A stretch of DNA of 32,000 bases from Candidatus Peribacter riflensis. GTDB lineage: Bacteria > Patescibacteriota > Gracilibacteria > Peribacterales > Peribacteraceae. The notes under the pieces are model-generated. The model did not search any database. It had not been told where the DNA came from and was given only the letters and a program-made list of their open reading frames with translations. A program made the translations under genes and the position numbers. Where the stretch lies: contig CP013062.1 in NCBI GenBank assembly GCA_001430755.1, positions 360,001 to 392,000 of the forward strand, in the 5' to 3' direction. Positions 15,682 through 24,000 of this stretch are shown piece after piece; the first letter of the stretch is position 1; each line of letters opens with the position of its first letter.

Positions 15682-16746
15682 TCAGTTTGTCGGTCTCCGC
15701 AATGCCCTGTGCGTGGCGAAGAAGAGCAGGCCAAATGTTCCGAGGATCGTGACCCACAGTCCGGGACCGGTGGAGGGCTGCGCAATCGGCCGTGGAGCGC
15801 CGCCATGCAGTACGCTTTTCGATGACGAGGAGCCGCTGCCGGGGGCGACGGGGTTGCCCTGTTCGTCGAAGGGGTGCGCGGTGGTCGCATTCACACGGTA
15901 GGGATTGACGGGCAGTGCGGCGCTCGGTCTAGGTGCCGATGTGTTGGCCGAGGACGCTGCGCCTGAGCCGAAGGGGTTGAGAGCAGAAAAGTCGTCTACG
16001 TCGTCATCCAGAGGCGGCAGGTTTCCAGCTGACAGGAGTGAGGTGAGGTCCACAAATTCATTCCCTGCGGTCGGGGATGGATCCACCGGTATCCCGCCAG
16101 ATGGTGCGCTCATGAACGAGGCAGCCGAAGAAGCCGGGGCGGATGATGCCGGCGCGGAGCCTGTTCCCCCTCCGGTGAACGGAGCCGCCTGTGCCAGGTT
16201 CTGTCCGATGGCTGTCTTTGCGGTCGGACGTTTTCCCGGCTGCGCGGCGAGAACGGTGATGCTGCCTTCCATACCCTGTGCACTGATGCTGTAGACCGAG
16301 TAGGTGCCCGGTGCGAAGGCATCGGTGATGGTCAGGTGCGCAGTTTCACCCGGGGCGATGGCTGGCGTGACGAAGCACTCCCGGTCTTGTGTGCACAGCG
16401 TGTCAGACTGCAGCACGTGCGAACGGGCGGACTCATTGGTCCATGTCAGGTCGCTGCCCGGGGTGACGGTGATGGTCTGTGGTGAGAAGCCATCCGAAGT
16501 AATGCGGATGACGGTCGGCGTTTCTCCACTGTCCATGCCGAAGAAAAAGGTGAGCCCGACGCTGATCGCGAGCAGCATGCCGGCGACCGCAGCCGGCTGA
16601 CGCGAGAGGCGTCTCACTCGCGGAGGCGGCTTCTGCGACGGAGGAATCTCTTCGCTCTTGGGTTTTTCCACGATGTGAATCGGCAGCGACTGCTCGCCGG
16701 GCGCATCTGATTCCGTCGTCTGCCAGTTGGGATGGATGTCTGTCAT
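15682..16746 (-). CDS. membrane/surface protein: N-terminal TM, cupredoxin-like domain, low-complexity Ala/Ser/Pro linker, C-terminal sorting signal
   Basis: ATGA overlap with the upstream gene. The TM helix is AAVAGMLLAISVGLTFFFG. VIRITSDGFSPQTITVTPGSDLTWTNESARSHVLQSD...GTYSVYS...GSITV resembles the Cupredoxin_1/EfeO-type fold. The C-terminus reads QPSTG-PGLWVTILGTFGLLFFATH-RALRR. Confidence 0.7.
   Translation of the reverse strand: MTDIHPNWQTTESDAPGEQSLPIHIVEKPKSEEIPPSQKPPPRVRRLSRQPAAVAGMLLAISVGLTFFFGMDSGETPTVIRITSDGFSPQTITVTPGSDLTWTNESARSHVLQSDTLCTQDRECFVTPAIAPGETAHLTITDAFAPGTYSVYSISAQGMEGSITVLAAQPGKRPTAKTAIGQNLAQAAPFTGGGTGSAPASSAPASSAASFMSAPSGGIPVDPSPTAGNEFVDLTSLLSAGNLPPLDDDVDDFSALNPFGSGAASSANTSAPRPSAALPVNPYRVNATTAHPFDEQGNPVAPGSGSSSSKSVLHGGAPRPIAQPSTGPGLWVTILGTFGLLFFATHRALRRPTN
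15685..15780 (-). other. C-terminal cell-wall-sorting-like signal: QPSTG + hydrophobic helix + RALRRPTN
   Basis: Tripartite layout (PxTG motif, ~19 hydrophobic residues, basic tail) read from the translation. Codon positions were verified against the DNA. Confidence 0.55.
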
Positions 16747-18377
16747 CGGGAGCGCGGAGGAGCCGTGAGCGCGACAGCCTGTCGCCGCGAGGCGATGGCG
16801 GTTCCGGTCACTGCAGAGAGCGTCAGCAGGAGAGCGATCACCGAGGGCATGCCCGTTTCGCCGGGCACCGTGACCGGCTTGCGCGTTGCCATCAGATCAC
16901 CGGTGAGGGGAGAGGTCGAGGTCTTGGGATTTCCCACTTCCACGGCCACTTCCTGGCTGAAGGCCGACTCTTCATCGGTCAGGCTCAGCGCCCGGATCGC
17001 CACGAAGTACGTGGTCTTTTCCGGCAGGTTGCGGATCGCCATGCTCGTGCTCTCGGCCGAGACGGTCTTGCGCTGGATGTAGCGGCCGGAGGTCGTGCCA
17101 TAGTAGAGGTTGTAGGCTTTCAGCTGGGAAGAGGCCAGCGGATCCCATGCGACGTAGAGGCTGGTGCCCTCTGTCGTAATGCGCACCGAGCGCACCTGCA
17201 GGAGCGCAAAGGCCGACTGGCCTTGGGGCAGTGAGACGAAGGATGCCGCAGACGAAGCGGCGCCACCGCAGCGGTTGCTCTGGCAGACCCCGCTCAAACA
17301 CTGTGTTGCGGTATTGCAGGCTCCGCCATCCTCCACTTTGAGGAAATCGCCGCGGCAGATACCGCTGCTGCACAGTCCTCCCTTACAGGCGGCATGGTCC
17401 GTGCAGGCAGAGCCGTCGGGGAGCTGGGGTGCGTTGGAGCTCTGTGCGGACGAACTTCCTGATCCTGTGAGAGCACTCGTACTCGATGCAGCTTCCCTCG
17501 TGCAGGTGATCGAACAACCATCGCCAGCGAGGAAGTTTCCGTCGTCACACTGTTCGCCGACTTCCACAAGCCCGTTCCCGCAAATGGGTCCGGCGGCGGA
17601 CGAGGCAGCACTTGAGACAGCAGACGAGAGGGAGCTTCCGCTTCCGGCACTCTTGCTTGTGCTGCTCGCGCTGGAACCGCTGCCGGAGTGTACGGATGAC
17701 GCACTCGATCCGGATCCTGTGCTCGTCTGGCTGCCTGCCGACGAGGATGAAGCGGCTGCAAAGGCCACAAGCAGCGATCCCGGGTTCTGTGTGAGGATGT
17801 CTTCGGCTGTGCCGTCTGTTTTCTTCGCGACGACACGCGTGTGGCCGGTGGGCTGCACATCGTAGAAGCTGAGCACGTCGGTCTGGGTCGTGGGAATGGA
17901 TTTCACTTTGAGTTGGATGCGCGCCACGACGATTTCCTCATCCGCAGGTTCCTCATTCGCCCTTGCGGAGAGGTCGATCTTGATGAGGCCGTCTGAGGTG
18001 GAGAAATTGATTTCTCCGGGTGCGGCGGTCGGGAGAGCTGTTCCCGCCGTGATGCCCATACCTTCCAGCACGGCCGGGTTGTACTGAATCCAGGATCGGA
18101 CGCGGGCAATCTTCTTCTGATCCGGATTGATGGCGATCAGATCCATATGGAGGATGTCGTCTTTCTCCATCGCGGGTGTGCGCAGGGTTTCGGGGTCTTC
18201 CACGGCGAACGTGGGGCAGGGGGTCGTGCCCTGTGCGCAGTGCGGACGCAGGAAGAGGGATGTCGTAGCCGTTTCCTCTGCGATGAAGCGCCCAGGAATG
18301 AGAACGACCGAGAGCAGCACCGGGAGGGCCAGGATTTTGATGATGGTCAGCCGACGGGAGATGGCGGTGTGTTTCAT
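16743..18377 (-). CDS. secreted surface protein: signal/TM, cohesin-like domain, Ser-rich linker, CGNG..CDDGN..DGC cysteine repeat, Cys-knot-like repeats, FN3 domain, C-terminal sorting signal
   Basis: - aa ~55-205: ...IARVRSWIQYNPAVLEGMGITAG...GLIKIDLSARANEEPADEEIVVARIQLKVKS...DVLSFYD fits the cohesin pattern (x-YDP-x-xLE..., G-I-x-I, LAxIxFKV).
- aa 207-263: poly-Ser/Gly/Ala linker.
- ICGNGLVEVGEQCDDGNFLAGDGCSITC is a Myxococcus-type Cys-rich repeat (DUF4215-like).
- aa ~392-482: SLYVAWDP...YNLYYGT...TYFVAIRAL is an FN3 domain.
- The C-terminus reads VPGETG-MPSVIALLLTLSAVTGTAIAS-RRQ. Confidence 0.8.
   Translation of the reverse strand: MKHTAISRRLTIIKILALPVLLSVVLIPGRFIAEETATTSLFLRPHCAQGTTPCPTFAVEDPETLRTPAMEKDDILHMDLIAINPDQKKIARVRSWIQYNPAVLEGMGITAGTALPTAAPGEINFSTSDGLIKIDLSARANEEPADEEIVVARIQLKVKSIPTTQTDVLSFYDVQPTGHTRVVAKKTDGTAEDILTQNPGSLLVAFAAASSSSAGSQTSTGSGSSASSVHSGSGSSASSTSKSAGSGSSLSSAVSSAASSAAGPICGNGLVEVGEQCDDGNFLAGDGCSITCTREAASSTSALTGSGSSSAQSSNAPQLPDGSACTDHAACKGGLCSSGICRGDFLKVEDGGACNTATQCLSGVCQSNRCGGAASSAASFVSLPQGQSAFALLQVRSVRITTEGTSLYVAWDPLASSQLKAYNLYYGTTSGRYIQRKTVSAESTSMAIRNLPEKTTYFVAIRALSLTDEESAFSQEVAVEVGNPKTSTSPLTGDLMATRKPVTVPGETGMPSVIALLLTLSAVTGTAIASRRQAVALTAPPRSR
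16746..16865 (-). other. C-terminal sorting-like signal: PGETG + hydrophobic helix + RRQ... tail (a second SPLTG lies 12 aa upstream)
   Basis: Read from the translation. The codons for VPGETGMP were verified at 16845-16868. Confidence 0.5.
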
Positions 18378-18394
18378 GGGGGAGAATCGGGTAC

Positions 18395-18709
18395 TTACAG
18401 CATCGTGCGGAGCAGGCGCAGAGCGTCATCAACCGTGAGCATGCCATCCCCATTGGGATCCATGCGCAGCGCTTCCGTGGTGGCTTGTTCGTATCCCTGC
18501 ACCACCTCGAGAAGTGAAATGACGTCCTGCACATCCACTCTGCCGTCGCCGGTGAGGTCGCCTGTGCGACTCACGGAACCTGCCTCAATGAGGGCGATGG
18601 GCTGCACTTCACCGGCACTCTGAATGCCGATGAGGAACGAAGCCGCAACGCAGATCCCACTGAAGAGGAGTGCCCGCAGGAACTGCCGTGAACGGAAAGA
18701 AATGTGCAT
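18395..18709 (-). CDS. small membrane-tethered/secreted dockerin-only protein (104 aa)
   Basis: It has an N-terminal hydrophobic segment (LRALLFSGICVAASFLIGI). This is followed by two EF-hand-like dockerin repeats, GDLTGDGRVDVQDVISLLEVVQG and MDPNGDGMLTVDDALRLLR (nt 18407-18562). There is no other domain. Confidence 0.7.
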   Translation of the reverse strand: MHISFRSRQFLRALLFSGICVAASFLIGIQSAGEVQPIALIEAGSVSRTGDLTGDGRVDVQDVISLLEVVQGYEQATTEALRMDPNGDGMLTVDDALRLLRTML

Positions 18710-18717
18710 TTCGTATT

Positions 18718-18723
18718 ATTATA
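18718..18723 (-). promoter_or_regulatory. perfect -10 hexamer TATAAT (minus strand), 8 nt upstream of the dockerin-gene ATG
   Basis: The minus strand reads ...gaaatgatcTATAATaatacgaaATG. The -35 is weak (TAGAGC at 18-nt spacing). This geometry implies a leaderless or near-leaderless transcript. Confidence 0.3.
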
Positions 18724-18873
18724 GATCATTTCGGGTTTTCGCTCTACGGACAGAAGTTGACTCCAAGAGAGAATCCATGTCTTGCATATGCCTTTATCCC
18801 AGTACAAGACAATAGATACGAAGTCAGTAAAGTATGAGGATTTCGGCTTCGGGAGTACGATTCAATCTCTTTT

Positions 18874-19878
18874 ATGGAGAATGTCTTCCTCTTCACGGGC
18901 GAAAACGAATTCACACTCCGCCAGGAGCTTCTGCGCTGGATACGGGAGTTTCGCGAGAAGCACGGGGAGGAGAATCTTTCGCGCCTCTCGGCTGCAGGTC
19001 TCGCGCCTTCGGCATTCCTCAACGAAGTCGCGGCGGCACCCTTCATTGCGGAGCGGCGCTTGGTGGTGGTGGATGGTATTCCCTCATTCGCGGCCGAGGA
19101 GGGTTCTGCGGGCAAGCGGAAAGGGGCGAAAGGGTCGCTGGGTATGCAGGCGGTGCTGCACGAGGTGCATCCACAGGTCATCGTGCTCTTCGTCGCGCCC
19201 AAGCCGGACCGCCGTCTCGCTACGACCAAAGAGCTGCTCGAATGTGCGACCGTACGGACCTTCGCTCCCCTGCAGGGGGATGCGCTCCTGCGCTGGATGC
19301 AGGAGGAGTTCCGTCAGCGGGGGACTGCCGCAGGGCCGGAGGTGCAGACACTTCTCCTCTCGCTGGTCGGAGAGGATCAGCAGGTGCTCTCACAGGAGAT
19401 CGAGAAACTCTCACTCGCAGCGGGCGGTCAACCGCTGACCAGGGCTCACATCGATGCTCTTGTCCTGCCTTCCGCCGAGCAGACGATCTGGCATCTGCTA
19501 GATCTCTTGGGCGAGGGGCATCCGGGTGAGGCGGTCGCGTACTGTCGGCAGCTCATGCGTCGGGGTGAGAGTGCACAGGGAATCTGGGCGATCTTTCTCT
19601 GGATTGTCACGAGCTTCGCCGCGGTGACGGCTGCGGTGCAGGAGGGCACCACGAGTATTCAGGGCATCATGGAGGCGACGGGGGTGAAGTTCGGCGCGGC
19701 ACGATCACTCCTCCCCCTTGCCCGCACGTGCCGGCGCGAGGCGCTCTGCGATCTCCTCAACCGCGTCACCGAGGCGGATATCCGCCTGAAGACCGGAGTC
19801 TTCAAATCTGGGGGGGACTCTGAAGAGGAGCTGGCCGCACTCCTCGACCGTTGCCTGCTCAGCTTTCCCACGCGGTGA
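18874..19878 (+). CDS. holA: DNA polymerase III subunit delta
   Basis: The size is 334 aa. The N-terminus VFLFTGENEFTLRQELLRWIREF..., then FIAERRLVVV, and the C-terminal helical domain layout are typical of HolA. The call rests on pattern memory only. Confidence 0.7.
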   Translation: MENVFLFTGENEFTLRQELLRWIREFREKHGEENLSRLSAAGLAPSAFLNEVAAAPFIAERRLVVVDGIPSFAAEEGSAGKRKGAKGSLGMQAVLHEVHPQVIVLFVAPKPDRRLATTKELLECATVRTFAPLQGDALLRWMQEEFRQRGTAAGPEVQTLLLSLVGEDQQVLSQEIEKLSLAAGGQPLTRAHIDALVLPSAEQTIWHLLDLLGEGHPGEAVAYCRQLMRRGESAQGIWAIFLWIVTSFAAVTAAVQEGTTSIQGIMEATGVKFGAARSLLPLARTCRREALCDLLNRVTEADIRLKTGVFKSGGDSEEELAALLDRCLLSFPTR

Positions 19879-19886
19879 AGCACTCA

Positions 19887-20336
19887 CTAGATCTTTCCCT
19901 CAATGCGCCCGAGCAGGCTCTGCGTCTGCTCATCTTCTTCCTGCTTGGCTGCCTGTTCCGTCTGTGAGCGCTGCGTGCGGCGGCGGCGGCGCTCCTCGTC
20001 CACCTGTTCGAGCAGCTGGGTTTCGCCGATGCGCTCGATCTCTTTGGCGTACTTGCGGTCGATGGCGGCGAGCTGCTGCTTCTCGTTCGACAGAATGTCT
20101 TTGAGATTCTGGATCTGCTCGGGTGTCATGACCGGCAGGATGTTCACCCAGTACTGCCGCTCCTCATCATTCATGCTCTCGGACTGAAGAATCAGCCCGA
20201 TCAACTCAGGAAACTTCTTCTTCAGATCATCCGGGATCTGGATGCCGGTGGATGTTTTTGAATCGGCCACGTGACCAGAGTACGCGGAATCTCGGATCAT
20301 TTGCAATTTCATGATTGGCGATTTGCGATTTTGCAT
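19887..20336 (-). CDS. hypothetical protein with charged coiled-coil C-terminus (149 aa; start may be a downstream Met)
   Basis: AGGTGA lies 12 nt upstream of the first ATG. The LQSESMNDEERQYWVNILPVMTPEQIQNLKDIL motif resembles small conserved hypothetical proteins I recall from uncultivated (CPR-type) bacteria. I cannot verify that here. Confidence 0.6.
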   Translation of the reverse strand: MQNRKSPIMKLQMIRDSAYSGHVADSKTSTGIQIPDDLKKKFPELIGLILQSESMNDEERQYWVNILPVMTPEQIQNLKDILSNEKQQLAAIDRKYAKEIERIGETQLLEQVDEERRRRRTQRSQTEQAAKQEEDEQTQSLLGRIEGKI

Positions 20337-20391
20337 ATCAAATCACTTTCACCTAATCGCAAATCTTCAAATCTTCAAATCGCAAATCTTC
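20320..20391. repeat. repeat cluster at the greA/downstream-gene junction: direct repeats AATCGCAAATCTTC (20355-20368, 20378-20391), AAATCTTC x3, and inverted partner GATTTGCGATT (20320-20330)
   Basis: Read directly. The 11-bp inverted repeat brackets the SD (20349-20354) and the start codon (20334-20336) of the 149-aa ORF. Confidence 0.7.
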
Positions 20392-20940
20392 TCAGGCGAC
20401 CTTCAGGATCTCGTACTTGAAGGTTCCTCCCGGAGCGATCACTTCCACATGGTCCCCGCGCTTCTTGCCCAGGAAGGCCTTGCCGATCGGCGATTCATTG
20501 CTCACTTTATTATCGATGGGATCGGCTTCGGTGGCGCCCACGATCGTGTAGCTCTCGGGTTCGTCCCGGCTCGTCTTGTTGCGGACGGTGACGGTGGAAC
20601 CGATTTCCACGGCCCTGTGATCGGTCTTCTCTGAGATGATCTTGGCGTTCTTGATTTTGCGTTCGAGTTCGAGGACGCGTCCTTCCACAAAAGCCTGCTC
20701 GTTCTTCGCCTCTTCGTACTCGGAGTTCTCAGAGAGATCTCCGTACGAGATGGCTTCCTTCAGGCGCTGGGCGACTTCCTGACGGCGCACGGTCTTCAGG
20801 TGATCCAGTTCCTCCTGGAGTTTTTTGAGTCCCTCACGCGTGACGAGCGTCTGCTCATCGTCCCCCATGGGGGCACCTGCGCCGGAACTGTCGGTCTGGA
20901 GCGCTTCTTCGGGGAGGGAGAAATCATCCATATCTGGCAT
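20392..20940 (-). CDS. greA: transcription elongation factor GreA (with ~25-aa acidic N-terminal extension, or a start at the internal Met at 20868)
   Basis: [61 protein letters not shown] is the canonical GreA coiled-coil. The C-terminal globular domain reads GSTVTVRN...YTIVG..EADP...[19 protein letters not shown]. Confidence 0.92.
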   Translation of the reverse strand: MPDMDDFSLPEEALQTDSSGAGAPMGDDEQTLVTREGLKKLQEELDHLKTVRRQEVAQRLKEAISYGDLSENSEYEEAKNEQAFVEGRVLELERKIKNAKIISEKTDHRAVEIGSTVTVRNKTSRDEPESYTIVGATEADPIDNKVSNESPIGKAFLGKKRGDHVEVIAPGGTFKYEILKVA

Positions 20941-21012
20941 GGCAAACAGTGGGGAGGAGTGAGCGCTATGCTAGGTGCAGAGAGGGCACCGTGCAAGGAA
21001 TTCCCTATTTTC

Positions 21013-24000
21013 TCAACGCTCCTGCAGGAGCTCCGGCCACTTCATGAGCGGCAGATTTTCGGGTGTCTCACGGAAGAGTGCCTCTTCTACGCGCTTCGCC
21101 AGCTGCACATTGGTGATGAGGGGGATGCCGTGGTCGGTGGCCAGCCGCCGGATGAAGTAGCCATCGGTCTGCTCGACGGAGCTTGAGTGCGTGGGCACAT
21201 TGATCACCAGATCCACGCGCTTCTGCTCCAGATACTCGCGGATATTGGGGCTGCGCGGTTCCGAGATCTTGTGCAGGAGCACCGAGGGGATGCCGCGGGA
21301 TTCCAGAAATTCATGCGTCCGTTGCGTGGCGAAGAAACCATACCCCCGCTCCGCGAGGCGTTTGATAGCAGGGAACATATCCAGCTTGTCCTCGATGTGC
21401 CCGATGGTGACGAGGATATTTTTCTTGGGCAGCTTGAATCCGACGGCGACGAGGGCGAGCAGCAGCGCCTGTTCGGCGTTCTCTCCGAAACAGGCGACTT
21501 CTCCGGTACTGGCCATCTCCACTCCCAGGCGCGGATCGGCGCCGCGCAGCCGGCTGAAGCTGAACTGTGCGGCCTTCACGCCCACGTGATCCAGGTCGAT
21601 GGTCTGGTAGCGCACATCCGCCGGGGCCTTCCTCAGCAGGGCCTGCGTGGCGAGGGTGATGAAATTGACACCGGTCACCTTGCTCGCGAAGGGGAAGCTG
21701 CGGCTGGCGCGCAGGTTGCACTCGATCACCTTGAGACGGTTCTCTTTGGCGAGCAGCTGCAGGTTGAAGGGGCCCGAAATGTGAAGCCCCTGTGCAATGC
21801 CTTTGGCGATCTGCTTCACGCGGCGGAGGGTCTCTAAGTTCACGCGCTGCGGCGGAAGGACGAGTGTTGCGTCGCCGGAGTGCACGCCGGCGTTCTCGAC
21901 GTGTTCCGAAATGGCATAGAGGAGCAGCTGGCCATCCTGGGCAACGCCGTCGAAGTCGATTTCCTTGGCACCCACTTCGAATTTGGAGATGACGATGGGC
22001 GCTTCTTTGTTCACGAACGCCGACTGCTGTACATAGTCCTCCAGATCGTCGCGCGAGTGCACCACGGCCATCGATGCGCCCGACAATACGTAGCTCGGAC
22101 GGACGATCACGGGGTACCCAACGGTCTCTGCGAAACTCGATGCGCCTGAAACCTCTGAGAATTCCTTCCACTCCGGCTGGTCGATCTTCAATTCATCCAG
22201 GAGCGAGCTGAATTTGTGTCGGTCTTCTGCACGGTCGATATCCTTGGGCGCGGTGCCGAGAATCTGCAGCCCGACGGCCGCCAGCTTGGGGGCGAGGGAG
22301 TTCGGAATCTGACCACCCATCGAGACGACGATGCCCGTGGGGTGCGTGAGATCGGCGATATCGCGCACGCGTTCCTCGGTGAGCTCTTCAAAGAAGAGCG
22401 CGTCGCACTCGTCGTAGTCCGTGCTCACGGTCTCGGGGTTGCTGTTGATCATGAATACATCGAAGTTCTGGCGCTGCAATTCGTGCGCCGCCTGCACGCA
22501 GCACCAGTCGAACTCCACTGAGGAACCGATGGAGTACGGACCGCCGCCCAGCACGATGGCCCGGGGCTGGTCTGTATCGAATGTCACGTCATGCTCGCTT
22601 CCGTGGTAGGTGAGGTAGAGGTAATTGGTTTGTGCGGGGAATTCGCCGGCGAGCGTGTCGATCTGCTTCACCACCGGGGTGATGCCGTGGGCAAGGCGCA
22701 GGGCGCGGATCTCATTGTGCTTCTGGTCCGAGAGCTGCGCGATGGCCTTGTCCGAGAAACCCGAGCGCTTGGCGCGGCGGAGAAGATCGGGAGTGAGGGG
22801 CGTCTGCGCGCGGGTCTGACGCAACTCCGCTGCGATCAGCGTGCAGGACCGGATGCGTTCCAAAAACCAGCGGTCGATGCCGGTGGCAATCGAGGCTTCC
22901 TCCGTCGTCCATTCACCGGCGAGCGCGGCAGCGAGGGCGAAGAGCCGTCGCGGCGTCGGACGCTTGATCTCCTTGCCGACGTCTCCGAATTTCATCGAAC
23001 ACGGAGCGAGACCCTCTTCGCCGATGTTGAGCATGCGGATCGCTTTCTGCAGGGCCTCCTCGAAGGTGCGTCCCAGTGCCATCACCTCTCCCACAGATTT
23101 CATCTCACTCGTCACGGCGTCGCTCACGTGCCGGAATTTCTGCAGGTCCCACCGCGGCATCTTCACGGCCACGTAATCCAGTGCCGGCTCGAAATCCGCG
23201 CACGTCACCTGGGTGATGGCGTTCTTCAGATCGGGCAGGGTGAAGCCGAGGGCGAGCTTGGCGGCAATGAAGGCGAGCGGGTACCCCGTTGCCTTCGAGG
23301 CGAGTGCGGAACTGCGGCTCAGGCGCGCATTCACTTCGATCACGCGGTACCGTCGCGACTTGGGATCGAGCGCGTACTGGATGTTGCACTCTCCCACGAT
23401 CTTCAGGTGCCGGATCACCTTGAGGGCGATCGATCGCAGCATCTGGTAGTCGAAGTTATCCAGGGTCTGGCTCGGCGCGATGACGATGGATTCTCCGGTG
23501 TGGATGCCGAGGGGATCCACGTTCTCCATGTTGCAGACCGTGATGCAGTTGTCCGAAACGTCGCGCACCACTTCATACTCGATTTCCTTCCAGCCCGTGA
23601 GATCCTCCTCCACCAGAATCTGGGGCGATTCCACGAAGGCGACTTTGCCGATCTGCCTGAGCTCCTGCTCGTTCATTGCGCGTCCGCTCCCTTTGCCTCC
23701 CAGCGCGAAGGCGCCGCGCACGATGACCGGGTAGCCGATGTTTTTCGCCGCATCGACGGCGGCTTCGATCGATTCCACGGCGAAGGACCGGGGAACGGCC
23801 ACATCGATTGACGCGAGCTCGGCGTTAAAGAGCGCGCGATCCTCCGTCTTGCGGATGCTCTCGACGGACGTGCCGAGCACCTCCACATCAAATTTTTTGA
23901 GCACGCCGGTATCTGCCAGAGCCAGGCCGCAGTTGAGTGCCGTCTGTCCGCCGAAACTGAGCGCGATGGCCTGCGGGCGTTCCTGCGCGATGATGCGCTC

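Noticed and set aside
17349-17357. An RGD tripeptide (CRGDF) in the cohesin-like surface protein, considered as a possible integrin-type adhesion motif.
   Set aside because: A three-residue motif is expected by chance in a 544-aa protein, and nothing else supports a eukaryotic-host adhesion role.
20354-20391. Short tandem and direct repeats downstream of greA, considered as a possible CRISPR or satellite.
   Set aside because: The units are only 8-14 bp with no spacers of CRISPR size and only 2-3 copies. They are better explained as an RNA-structure-forming intergenic repeat, reported as a finding.
22591-23811. A 406-aa plus-strand ORF, and ORFs at 21187-21837 and 21311-22171, within carB.
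   Set aside because: They are antisense or alternate-frame ORFs within carB, which is identified with high confidence. Their composition is Arg/Gly/His-biased.
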